From Leptospira sp. (GTDB taxonomy: Bacteria; Spirochaetota; Leptospiria; Leptospirales; Leptospiraceae), in assembly GCA_034439575.1 (NCBI GenBank), contig JAWXAQ010000027.1, positions 32,001-96,000 on the forward strand: 64,000 nt of DNA. Direction: 5' to 3'. Below are positions 30,195 through 39,831 of the stretch, in pieces. The notes under the pieces are model-generated. The model made no database searches. It had not been told where the DNA came from and was given only the letters and a program-made list of their open reading frames with translations. The translations under genes and the position numbers were made by a program. Numbering within the stretch: position 1 is the first letter of the stretch; each line of letters starts with the position of its first letter.

Positions 30195-31358
30195 ATGGAG
30201 ATAGTACAAAAAAACACTCAGGAATTGTATAAATTACCAAGTGAAGTTAAATACTGTAAAAGATGCACGATTTCAAACCAAAGACCCAGGATCACATTTG
30301 ATGCTGAAGGTGTTTGTTCCGCTTGCAATTATGCAGATTACAAAAATACACAAGTTGATTGGGCAAAAAGAGAAGCTGAATTAAAGATTTTGTTAGATAA
30401 ATACAGACGCGACGACGGAAGTTATGACGTTGTTGTTCCTTCTAGCGGAGGCAAAGACAGCGCCCACTTAGCACATGAGTTGAAACACAAATATGGAATG
30501 AATCCCCTGACCGTCACTTGGTCGCCCCATTTGTATACTGACATAGGGTTCAAAAATCACCAGAATATGATTCATGTTGGTGATTTAGCGAATGTTAATG
30601 GTGCACCAGCAGGAGCTGCTCATAGAAAACTTACCAAGTTATCATTTGAAATATTAGGTGATCCTTTCCAACCATTTATTTTTGGTCAGGCGAACTTCCC
30701 TTTGCAGATAGCTGTTAGGTATAAGATTCCACTCATAATGTATGGAGAAAATGGTGAAGTTGAGTATGGTGGAGACATGAAGAATGCCTTTGTCCCAACA
30801 CGTGACTATAAATCAGATCACAAAAAACATTATTTTTCAAATTTGGGACCAGAGGATTATATTAACTACGGAATTTCAGCTAAAGAAATCGTTCCATATA
30901 TGGCACCGTCTAACGACGAACTTGATGCGATCGGAACATCAATTCATTTTTATGGATATTATAAGAAATGGATTCCCCAAGAAAATTACTACTATTGTGT
31001 AGAGAATACTGGTTTTTCTGCAAATCCAGTTCGCAGTGAGGGAACTTATTCCAAATATGCTTCATTAGATGATAGACTCGATGGATTCCATTACTATTTG
31101 AGTTTCATTAAATTTGGAATCGGAAGAGCAACTTCAGATTCCGCGCATGAAATTCGTGATAAACATTTAACAAGGGAAGAGGGCGTAACTCTTGTTAGAA
31201 AGTATGATGGAGAGTTCCCAGTAAAGTATTTCAAAGAATTTTTAGAATACTGCGATATCACTGAAGAATACTTCTGGAAGGTGATCGATAGTTGGCGTTC
31301 TCCTCACCTTTGGTCCAAGGTCAATGGTGAGTGGAAACTGGTTAAGCAGGTAGAATAA
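30195..31358 (+). CDS. N-acetyl sugar amidotransferase (PseA/PtmG-like)
   Basis: CKRC...QRPR...CSAC, PP-loop SGGKDS, YGEN, KFGIGRAT. Confidence 0.9.
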   Translation: MEIVQKNTQELYKLPSEVKYCKRCTISNQRPRITFDAEGVCSACNYADYKNTQVDWAKREAELKILLDKYRRDDGSYDVVVPSSGGKDSAHLAHELKHKYGMNPLTVTWSPHLYTDIGFKNHQNMIHVGDLANVNGAPAGAAHRKLTKLSFEILGDPFQPFIFGQANFPLQIAVRYKIPLIMYGENGEVEYGGDMKNAFVPTRDYKSDHKKHYFSNLGPEDYINYGISAKEIVPYMAPSNDELDAIGTSIHFYGYYKKWIPQENYYYCVENTGFSANPVRSEGTYSKYASLDDRLDGFHYYLSFIKFGIGRATSDSAHEIRDKHLTREEGVTLVRKYDGEFPVKYFKEFLEYCDITEEYFWKVIDSWRSPHLWSKVNGEWKLVKQVE

Positions 31359-31361
31359 ACT

Positions 31362-32303
31362 TTGAAAGTTTTAGTCGTAGGATTTGGATCCATTGGCTCG
31401 CGACACACACAATCTCTTTTAGGTTCTAATCTTGTTAAAAATATAACAGTTTTTGATCCATCAGATGAAAGTTATTCGCAAGGATTGAAACGGATAGCAG
31501 CGACTGAACTGCAGGTGGAAAGAATTTCCACTTTGGATGCAGTTAAAGAGCATTGTCCTGATATTGTTATACTATCTTCGACTGCCAAGGATAGGTTTTC
31601 ACAATTTGAATTTTTTGCTCAAATGGGTGTTAAACGATTTTTAGTTGAGAAAATTGTATTTCAGTCAATGGAACAATTTCATAATGCAATTTCCTTAATT
31701 CAGAAACATGAAATTGAATCATTTTGTAATTTTGCGAACAGGTACTATCCAAATTACATCTTGCTAAAGGATTTAATTCGCAATCAAAGATTGGATATGC
31801 GCATTACTTGCGGTGATATAGGACTTGCCACAAGTGCCATTCATTATATGGATTTATTTGAATATCTCTCTGATAGTCCTATTCATGATAGTATTGGGGA
31901 TCTCAAAAGTTCATTAAAAGAGAACAAACGTGGAAAAGAGTATAAAGAATACAATGGTTTGATTTTATTCCTTACAGAAAAAGGAGATAAACTCTCTCTT
32001 TTTTATGATGCTAGCCACGAGGCAAATCCTATGATTGAATTGAGCTTTGGAGAACATTTTCATGTTATTAGTGAAGGTGAAAGAAAAGAAAGATTCAAAA
32101 ATCAATTGAATTTTGAGAATAAACCTTTTGAAATTATACCATCTAGTATACTCACCAAACAGATCGTGGAGGATATGTTGAATGGAAACTGTATTCTTAC
32201 CTCCATTCAGGGAACCATGAATACCCACATGCATTTATTTAATGTGATAAATATCATGAATTCAAAATCGTTGGACCACAGTGAAATTTTTTCAATCACT
32301 TGA
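31362..32303 (+). CDS. Gfo/Idh/MocA family oxidoreductase
   Basis: VGFGSIGSRH, LVEKIVFQS, AIHYMDL; TTG start. Confidence 0.78.
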   Translation: MKVLVVGFGSIGSRHTQSLLGSNLVKNITVFDPSDESYSQGLKRIAATELQVERISTLDAVKEHCPDIVILSSTAKDRFSQFEFFAQMGVKRFLVEKIVFQSMEQFHNAISLIQKHEIESFCNFANRYYPNYILLKDLIRNQRLDMRITCGDIGLATSAIHYMDLFEYLSDSPIHDSIGDLKSSLKENKRGKEYKEYNGLILFLTEKGDKLSLFYDASHEANPMIELSFGEHFHVISEGERKERFKNQLNFENKPFEIIPSSILTKQIVEDMLNGNCILTSIQGTMNTHMHLFNVINIMNSKSLDHSEIFSIT

Positions 32304-32370
32304 GTTAGAACATTTCAAACATTAATAAGATTAAAATCGTCAAATTGATATAGGATAAAAGGAACTAAAA

Positions 32371-32556
32371 ATGGACAAAGACATACTTAAAGGAAACTTC
32401 AAAGTTAAGAAAGAAGTTGATTTAGCAAAATTGAAAAATGATTCTGAATCAAATGTGAGTGAAGAATTGAAACAGAAAGTTTTAGCTACCTTAGGTGGAA
32501 GCATGGTTTATGTGGAACGAAATAAATTGACTTGGGATGGAGAGGCGCCAGAGTAG
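32371..32556 (+). CDS. Small hypothetical protein (61 aa)
   Basis: AAGGA RBS a few nt before the ATG; fills the gap between two genes; codon style matches neighbours. Confidence 0.55.
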   Translation: MDKDILKGNFKVKKEVDLAKLKNDSESNVSEELKQKVLATLGGSMVYVERNKLTWDGEAPE

Positions 32557-33597
32557 ATTCTTTCTCTCGCATTGCCATTATAAGCCTATGCCACAAGAAA
32601 AAAATGGAAAGTTTGATGCATTAGTCGATGAAATAACCGTTATTGGCCTGGAATATCATCTTGCAAGTTTAGATGATAATGTGAAGTCCAATCTTCCCTA
32701 TATCAAAAAATCAATCAAAGACCTACCTACCCCTAGCTCTGATACTGGGATCGTGATATCTGCAGGCCCAAGTTTGCAGAAGAAAGGGTCTCTGGATAAA
32801 ATAGTGAAATCTGGTTACAATAAACTCACAATTGCGACAGATGGATCTTACATTGCTGCACTCAAAAAAGGATTTGTTCCAGAATATGTTCTCACCTTAG
32901 ATCCTCATCCCACTAGAATTGTACGTTGGTTTGGTGATCCAGATATTATTAAAAATCTGGAAAAGGATGACTATTTTGAAAGACAAGACCTAAACATTGA
33001 TTTTAGAAATAATACTCTAAATCAAAATGCTGAAAATATCGAAATCGTAAACAAACATGCCTCAAAAACAAAGGCAATTGTTGCAACAACAGTTCACATA
33101 TCGGTAACAAAGCGATTGATCGAGGCTGGTTTTGATATCTATTGGTGGCATCCACTCGTTGATGATCCTAACAAAGCTGACAGTTTGACTCGCAATTTTT
33201 ATGAAAAAATCAAATTGCCCTGCCTAAATACAGGGGGAACAGTAGGAACTACATCTTGGTTATTTGCCGAACTCATTCTGAAATTAAAGCATATAGCTGT
33301 AGTTGGAATGGATTATGGGTATTACAAAGATCTACCTATTGAGAAAACGCAAACTTATTACGAATTAGTGATGAAAGAAGGGCTTGATGGAGTAGAAAAA
33401 TATTTTATCGACCAAAAAACCCTCTGACCGGGGAAGATTTTTATATAGACCCGACATATTATTGGTATAGAAAGAATTTTTACGAATTGCTAGAAAATTC
33501 AAAGTCTAATATAAACAATTGTACCGAGGGCGGTACTCTAAATCACAAACAAATAAAGAATATGTTTTTGGATGATTTTTTAAGTCAACATAAGTGA
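32537..33597 (+). pseudogene. Maf/DUF115 (MptE-like) protein interrupted by a 1-nt frameshift in an A6 tract (33414-33419)
   Basis: The first frame has SAGPSL, ATDGS, TLDP, GGTVG, VGMDYG and stops at 33427. The -1 frame continues NPLTGEDFYIDPTYYWYR...NCTEGG... to TGA at 33595-33597. May be an assembly error. Confidence 0.75.
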
Positions 33598-33615
33598 CAT
33601 CGAGAGGAAAAGAAC

Positions 33616-35205
33616 ATGGCAAAGATTCTACTAATTAACCCTATCATTCGAGAAGAAGATAAACCAAAACATATTCCATATGGACTATCTCTAATGGCAG
33701 CAATTGCTTTGGATAAAGGGCATGAGGTTCAATTTTACGATGCTAATGCTTGGAGACTTGGTTACGACGTTGTGGAGCAAGTAGCGACGGCGGACGATTG
33801 GGATATCATTGGTATCGGTGGATTGACCACTGCTTATTCCTCGATTAAGAAAATTGTAGGTATTTGCAAGAAAGCAGCCCCTAATAGTTTTATCATAGCT
33901 GGTGGTGGGTTTATTACGAGTATGCCACTTGATATTATGGATTGGATCAAAGAAATTGATCTAGGTGTGATAGGGGAAGCATTCCTCACTTGGCCAGAAA
34001 TTCTAGAAAAAGTTGATAAAAAAGATTATGACTTTAGCGAAACCTTAGGTATTTGTTATAGAGATAATGAAGGTAATCCAGTCTTAACCGATGTTAGACC
34101 AAATATAGCTGATTTAGACATTATTCCTTATCCTGCATGGGATCTCCTCCCCATGGACATTTATTTTGAAAATTCTCAATTATTATATAGTGAATCAGCT
34201 TACCTTGCTAAAAAACGAATCGATATCAACGGAAGTTTGGGTTGTAGCTTGGTATGTAAATACTGTTGGCACCTGGGCATTATCGGAGATATGACTGTCG
34301 AGAAAAACGCAAAAGGTGTTAAGGATGTAAGATTTTCCTACGGAAGAAACATTCGATACCATAGCCCTCGTTATATTATAGATATGGTTAAAACTCTAGT
34401 AAATAAATATAACATCGATTTTGTGAGTTTTATTGATGAAAATATGATGACTATGGATGCAGCCAGTGGGCGAACCTGGTTATTCGAGTTATGTGATCTT
34501 TGGATCAAAGAAGGATTACAACCAACCAGCAGAAGAGATGGAGTTCCAGATAGCGAAAACAAAGGTGGCGTTTTCTGGGGTGGAACCAGTCACGCAACAC
34601 TCCATACGGAAGAAGTTTTAAAAGCTATGTATAAGGCTGGCTGTTCCCACTTAGTTTATGGAATTGAGTCATTTGACCCCACTATCTTAAAAAACTTAGG
34701 TAAAGGTTCCAATCAAAAAAACAATTTGGATGCCATTCCTAAATGTATGGAAACTGGAATTATACCATTGCCAAATATCATTATTGGATTTCCGGAAGAG
34801 ACTTTTGATAGTGTGAGAACTACAATAGAATGTATGAAAAAAATCGGAATGTATTCTCGACCACATTTCGCGACTCCATACCCAGGTTCCGAATGGTACT
34901 ATACTTATAAAGATGCCATCTTAGAACAATACAATGGGGATTTAGAGGCATATATAGAAGATCTTGGTGATGCCTCCAAAATTACCGCGGTAATTTCTCA
35001 TAATTTTAGCCCCATTGAGTTACTTGGACTTCAGGAAATTGTGGCCAAAAGAGATCTTAGATTATTGGAACAAACCATTACGCATTACAAAAATAGCGGA
35101 CGTGTTAATAATGCATTAGAGAACCCTTATGTTCTTCCAAATGCAACTTTCAATATTATTAAGAAAAAGGTTACAACTCCTATTGAACAAGTGACAAGTA
35201 TTTGA
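33616..35205 (+). CDS. Cobalamin-binding radical SAM protein
   Basis: N-terminal B12-binding domain (IPYGL...AGGGF...GEA); CSLVCKYC CxxxCxxC; DEN; GIESF; IIGFPEET; PYPGS. Confidence 0.9.
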   Translation: MAKILLINPIIREEDKPKHIPYGLSLMAAIALDKGHEVQFYDANAWRLGYDVVEQVATADDWDIIGIGGLTTAYSSIKKIVGICKKAAPNSFIIAGGGFITSMPLDIMDWIKEIDLGVIGEAFLTWPEILEKVDKKDYDFSETLGICYRDNEGNPVLTDVRPNIADLDIIPYPAWDLLPMDIYFENSQLLYSESAYLAKKRIDINGSLGCSLVCKYCWHLGIIGDMTVEKNAKGVKDVRFSYGRNIRYHSPRYIIDMVKTLVNKYNIDFVSFIDENMMTMDAASGRTWLFELCDLWIKEGLQPTSRRDGVPDSENKGGVFWGGTSHATLHTEEVLKAMYKAGCSHLVYGIESFDPTILKNLGKGSNQKNNLDAIPKCMETGIIPLPNIIIGFPEETFDSVRTTIECMKKIGMYSRPHFATPYPGSEWYYTYKDAILEQYNGDLEAYIEDLGDASKITAVISHNFSPIELLGLQEIVAKRDLRLLEQTITHYKNSGRVNNALENPYVLPNATFNIIKKKVTTPIEQVTSI

Positions 35206-35927
35206 AGAAAGAAAAGAAAATCCTTACGTTTATAGGAGCTAGGGGAGGCTCCAAAGGATTAAAGGATAAGAATATTCTTCTTTTCGCAGGTAAGCCACTC
35301 ATTGCTTGGTCGATAGAAAGTTCTCTGTCCTCTAAACATATAAGTAAAACTATAGTTTCGACGGACAGTGAAGTTATCGCGAAAGTTGCCCTAGAATATG
35401 GGGCAACAGTTCCATTTATGAGGCCATCGGAACTAGCCACTGATACGAGCAATATCTATGATGCAATTCGTCACTCTCTTCATGCTCTGAATGCTCAAGG
35501 AGAATCCTTTGATTACATTGTTCTTTTACAACCGACTCAACCTTTACGACCAAATGGATTCCTAGATTCAGTCATTGATTATTATTTTTCAAATCAAAAA
35601 AGTGACCTAGATTCACTTATATCAGTAAAAGAAATCGATCCCAAATATAATTTACTCATGGAATTAACAAATGAGAATTATTTAAGGTATTTAAATTTTT
35701 CCAATCCAAATGTAGTGAATCGGCAAGATCTTAAAAAACTATATTTGGTATCTGGTGTCATTTATATTGCCCCCGTGAAAAAGATTTTATCGGGCGATAG
35801 ATTTGACTTTGGTAATGTATTACATTTCGTAACCGATGATTTGGTTTCGTCAGATATAGATACAAAAGAAGATTTTGACCAAGCATTGATAAATTATAAT
35901 ATTCTTAAATCACAAGGAAGGCTGTAA
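35202..35927 (+). CDS. neuA: Acylneuraminate cytidylyltransferase (NeuA/LegF)
   Basis: ARGGSKGL..KN, VSTDS, RP.ELA.D, LQPTQP.R, RQDL, DIDT..DF; TTG start. Confidence 0.92.
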   Translation: MKKEKKILTFIGARGGSKGLKDKNILLFAGKPLIAWSIESSLSSKHISKTIVSTDSEVIAKVALEYGATVPFMRPSELATDTSNIYDAIRHSLHALNAQGESFDYIVLLQPTQPLRPNGFLDSVIDYYFSNQKSDLDSLISVKEIDPKYNLLMELTNENYLRYLNFSNPNVVNRQDLKKLYLVSGVIYIAPVKKILSGDRFDFGNVLHFVTDDLVSSDIDTKEDFDQALINYNILKSQGRL

Positions 35928-35929
35928 TC

Positions 35930-36205
35930 ATGACTCACGTAGTAACTTCAAAATGTAAGGATACACGATACACTGACTGTGTCGTCGTATGTCCTGTAGA
36001 TGCGTTTCACTTATTGGAAAATATGTTAGTAATCAATCCCGAATCTTGCATTGATTGTAGTGCATGTGTTACAGAATGTCCTGTAGCCGCTATTTATCCT
36101 GATGATAAAATACCTGATGAAGAAAAATCTTTTATCGTCTTTAATGCCGAACAATCAGAAAAATATCCTGTGATTTCGGCAAAAATTCCCCCATTAGTAA
36201 ATTAG
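35930..36205 (+). CDS. FdxA-type (7Fe-like) ferredoxin
   Basis: C-x7-C-x3-CP (CKDTRYTDCVVVCP) and CIDCSACVTECP, as in Azotobacter FdI-type ferredoxins. Confidence 0.88.
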   Translation: MTHVVTSKCKDTRYTDCVVVCPVDAFHLLENMLVINPESCIDCSACVTECPVAAIYPDDKIPDEEKSFIVFNAEQSEKYPVISAKIPPLVN

Positions 36206-36229
36206 CATATTTTTAAACTCCAAAAAATA

Positions 36230-37333
36230 ATGGAGATTCGACAACTTCAAAAAAAAGATCTCTCTCTGCTACTTTCTTTTTTTAAATCTGCATATGGGAA
36301 TGAAACTATCTTTTCGGATTTAGGTTACCTTGAATGGTTTTTTTCTGACAAATCTTCGGAGATATCAAATTTTAATCATACAGGATTTATAGCATTAGAT
36401 TCAGGGAGAATAATTAGCCATTACGGATTATTACATTCCGTTTTTATTAAAGATCAAAATAAAATTCCTATCAAGTGGATGGTCAGTGCTTATACTTTGA
36501 AAGAATACAGATCCCAAGGGCTAAATACAAAAATCATTCAGTCCATCCAAAACACTTATGATACAGTTGGTGTTATCAGTTATCCGAAAGAAGCGATTCC
36601 ATTTTATGAAAACTTGGGTTTTTCAACTTTGAATGGGCAAAACTTTGATCGATACATTTTAAATTTAGACAATAGAACTTTTAATATTGTAAAAGATATA
36701 AACCAGGACGTAACGCTTGCTAAAGAAAAACTACCAATAAATTCTTCTCTAACACCAAGTTTGAATCAAAACATTATCATTCTTGATTTAAATAACTATT
36801 CAAATTATAGATTTGAATTTAGTTATGCTGAAGAATTTACATGTTTTAGAGATATATATTTTTATTTAAACAGGTTTATCAATCATCCGTTTGCAAAGTA
36901 TACAGTCAAAGCACTCATAATGGATAATAAAATTCTTGGAATGGTCGTTTCTAAAATTGAAACACTTTATCCCAGAATGGAAAAAGTAAATCGTATCATC
37001 GATATGTTTGGTAATCCTGAGGCTTTAACAGAATTATTGCAGAACATTCGAAATTTTTCTATAGAGGAAGATCTTCTCTACGTTGACTTTTCATGTTTTG
37101 GATCAAAATTTAAAACAATTTTGATAGATTGTGGATTTTCAATATTAACAGGGGATGAAGTCTCATTGTTACCTCAAGTAACTTATCCAATCGAAAATCG
37201 ACCAAATTTAGAATTTATAGCTTTATATTCAAAAAAAATTTCGAAATCATATTGGAATTCTGAAAATTTATACTTAACTCGAGCTGATTCTGATAGAGAT
37301 CGTTTAAACAAGGTGAGCCAATTATCTATATGA
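36230..37333 (+). CDS. GNAT-fold acyltransferase-like protein
   Basis: EYRSQGL acyl-CoA binding motif and FYENLGF; C-terminal RADSDRDR. Confidence 0.6.
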   Translation: MEIRQLQKKDLSLLLSFFKSAYGNETIFSDLGYLEWFFSDKSSEISNFNHTGFIALDSGRIISHYGLLHSVFIKDQNKIPIKWMVSAYTLKEYRSQGLNTKIIQSIQNTYDTVGVISYPKEAIPFYENLGFSTLNGQNFDRYILNLDNRTFNIVKDINQDVTLAKEKLPINSSLTPSLNQNIIILDLNNYSNYRFEFSYAEEFTCFRDIYFYLNRFINHPFAKYTVKALIMDNKILGMVVSKIETLYPRMEKVNRIIDMFGNPEALTELLQNIRNFSIEEDLLYVDFSCFGSKFKTILIDCGFSILTGDEVSLLPQVTYPIENRPNLEFIALYSKKISKSYWNSENLYLTRADSDRDRLNKVSQLSI

Positions 37334-38325
37334 GGCAAGTTACTATATTATCATACCATTATGTTCGAGATCTAAAAAGAACTCGTTATCCAGAAATAAA
37401 AGGATTAGATTTAATTAATTTCAAAGGGCAGATTGAATATTTATTAAAGCATTACCAGTTTATTACTATGGAAGAATTTTTGCTCGCATTGCATGGAAAT
37501 CTTACTTTGCCCAAAAACTCGGTGATGTTAACTTTTGACGATGGTTACCTTGATCATTATGAAAGTGTATTTCCAATTCTAAGACAAAAAGGTATTCAGG
37601 GATCATTTTTTATTCCAGTAGCACCTTTGTTAGAAGGAACAGTGCTAGATGTAAATAAAATTCATTTTATATTGGCAACAGCTTTACAAAAGACAAAATT
37701 TAAAGAACTTCATTCCAATATATTATCACTCTTAGACAAATATAGAGTTGAGTTTAATTTAAATACTAACGAATATTACTTAAACATAAATTTCCCTGGA
37801 AACGGCCTTGATACAAAGGAAGTAATATTTATCAAGCGATTACTCCAATCAGAGCTTCCAGAAATAGTTAGAAGTAAAATCGTTAATGAACTATTTCTGG
37901 AATATGTAGGTGTCTCTGAATCGATTTTTAGTCGTGAATTGTATATGAGTCGTGATCAAATATTAGCAATGAAGCATGATGGTATGTATTTCGGAAGTCA
38001 TGGTTATAAACATTATTGGTTAAATTCTTTGGATAGGGAACAACAGTTCAATGATATCAAAAAATCTTTGGATTTCCTTATCGATATTGGCATAAATGAA
38101 AAAGATTGGACAATTTGTTATCCTTATGGAGCTTATAATGCCGAGACGATCGAAGTATTGAAAGAGCTTAATTGTCGAGCTGCCTTTATTGATCCATCAG
38201 TAACAGACATCACCTATTTAGATCGAGTATCTTACTTTGAATTTCCTAGAATTGATACAATAGAATTTCCTTATTCATTCGATCAGAAGATTTGTAAGTG
38301 GACTGAAAAAATGATACAAGGATGA
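37330..38325 (+). CDS. Polysaccharide deacetylase (CE4/NodB-like)
   Basis: YHYVR, LTFDDGY.DH, GSHGYKH, CYPYG. Confidence 0.88.
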   Translation: MRQVTILSYHYVRDLKRTRYPEIKGLDLINFKGQIEYLLKHYQFITMEEFLLALHGNLTLPKNSVMLTFDDGYLDHYESVFPILRQKGIQGSFFIPVAPLLEGTVLDVNKIHFILATALQKTKFKELHSNILSLLDKYRVEFNLNTNEYYLNINFPGNGLDTKEVIFIKRLLQSELPEIVRSKIVNELFLEYVGVSESIFSRELYMSRDQILAMKHDGMYFGSHGYKHYWLNSLDREQQFNDIKKSLDFLIDIGINEKDWTICYPYGAYNAETIEVLKELNCRAAFIDPSVTDITYLDRVSYFEFPRIDTIEFPYSFDQKICKWTEKMIQG

Positions 38326-39779
38326 TTATTAACTTTTTAAAAAAACGGATAAACAATCCATCTATCTTAGATCTACTTCATAACTCTATTATTTATTTAG
38401 TCGGAAATGGGCTGATTGCCGCGCTCGCATTTTTTGGGTCAAGTATCCTGACTCGATTTATTCCGCCAGAGGATTATGCGATCATTAGTTTATTAGAAAG
38501 TTATAAATCGATATTCATATGTTTGGTTACATTTAATACCTATACGGCTCTTGGAAGATATTTATATGAGGATACCGATGATAAGAAAGTATTTTTTGGT
38601 ACTTTGTTTATTTTCAGTTTTTCACTAATCCTGTTATTTCAAGGTATTACGATATTCTTTCTCGATTTTTTTTCTGATCTTTATGATTTGCCAACGCGTG
38701 CTACCCTTTTGATAGCACCGATGTTACTCATATTTCTCCTCTCGTCCTTATATGAGCAATTTTTTATTCCAAAAAGAAAAAGTAAAAAGATAATCATCAG
38801 AAAAGTAATTTATCACTATCTCTCTTTCGGATTATCACTATATTTAGCACAAAGATTTTTGGATGAAAAATACCTAGGTTATTTATATGGTTTGATAGGC
38901 GCTGGTTTTATTTTCGGCCTCGTTTATTTTATAGAGCTATATAAATATATAGAATTCAAATTCAATTTCAAACATCTAAACTATATGTTATCATATTCAC
39001 TACCTTTATTGCCATATACATTAAGTGGAGTTATATTGGCACAATTTGATAAAATAATGATAAATAACATAACGGGAAAATTGGACACAGGATTATATAG
39101 TTTTGCAAGCAATGTCGGTATGATAATTCCCCTTTTGAATAGTTCATTTGCTTTGGCTTGGATGCCGAGCTATTATAAATTTATGGAAGAGAAAGATTCC
39201 AAATCGCTGGTAAATGAATTCTCAATCATTTTGCGTTTGTTATTTCTAGCGTCAGTTGGATTGCTTTTTTTCGGAAAAGAGGTTATAACTATTTTGTCTC
39301 CAACTAAATATCATGGAGCAGTCGACGCCTTGCCTTCCATAATATTTAGTTTTTTTATTTATATCATTTTTACATACTATTCATGGATTTTTAGCTTTCT
39401 GAAACGCAATTCATTTTTATCGATGATCGTTTTATGTGGAGGTATCATTAATATTTACTTAAATTCTGTATTTATACCTATTTACGGTTATATTGCCGCA
39501 GCATATACAACGATAGTATCTTATGTGATTATGTTAATGTCTTCGTATTTTTTAACTAGATATTATTTTAAATCATTTTATTTTCCGATGAATGTAAATT
39601 TATTATATATTATATTTTTTTTATTTTTAGGCTTAGCTTTTCCGTTGATAAATGAATTGTTTGAAGAGCGATTGCTAATATTTTATTCGATTAAAATACT
39701 TTTATTGTCTCTTGTTATTTTATTATGTTATTTAGAGTATAAGTTTTCTATAATAATACGTAACTATAAAGTATTATAA
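38322..39779 (+). CDS. wzx: O-unit flippase
   Basis: About 12-14 TM helices; LTR..PEDY; YSLPL; DKIMI...G.YS.A pattern of MOP/Wzx flippases. Confidence 0.85.
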   Translation: MIINFLKKRINNPSILDLLHNSIIYLVGNGLIAALAFFGSSILTRFIPPEDYAIISLLESYKSIFICLVTFNTYTALGRYLYEDTDDKKVFFGTLFIFSFSLILLFQGITIFFLDFFSDLYDLPTRATLLIAPMLLIFLLSSLYEQFFIPKRKSKKIIIRKVIYHYLSFGLSLYLAQRFLDEKYLGYLYGLIGAGFIFGLVYFIELYKYIEFKFNFKHLNYMLSYSLPLLPYTLSGVILAQFDKIMINNITGKLDTGLYSFASNVGMIIPLLNSSFALAWMPSYYKFMEEKDSKSLVNEFSIILRLLFLASVGLLFFGKEVITILSPTKYHGAVDALPSIIFSFFIYIIFTYYSWIFSFLKRNSFLSMIVLCGGIINIYLNSVFIPIYGYIAAAYTTIVSYVIMLMSSYFLTRYYFKSFYFPMNVNLLYIIFFLFLGLAFPLINELFEERLLIFYSIKILLLSLVILLCYLEYKFSIIIRNYKVL

Positions 39780-39831
39780 TTTTTATTCAAAGTGAATTCG
39801 TTGGTAACAAGAATTATTAAATGCAGTTGGA

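Noticed and set aside
33414-33420. Programmed -1 ribosomal frameshift at A_AAA_AAC
   Set aside because: The heptamer is out of phase with the upstream frame (codons are CAA AAA ACC) and I saw no clear stimulatory hairpin; a DNA-level indel is simpler.
32537-33427. Folate-pathway MptE (6-hydroxymethylpterin diphosphokinase) function
   Set aside because: DUF115/MptE-like is a shared fold; the context beside neuA favours a Maf-like glycosylation role.
32371-35205. RiPP cluster (small peptide plus radical SAM)
   Set aside because: No peptidase, transporter or RRE/PqqD domain was recognised, and the neighbours are nonulosonate genes. Kept only as a minor alternative.
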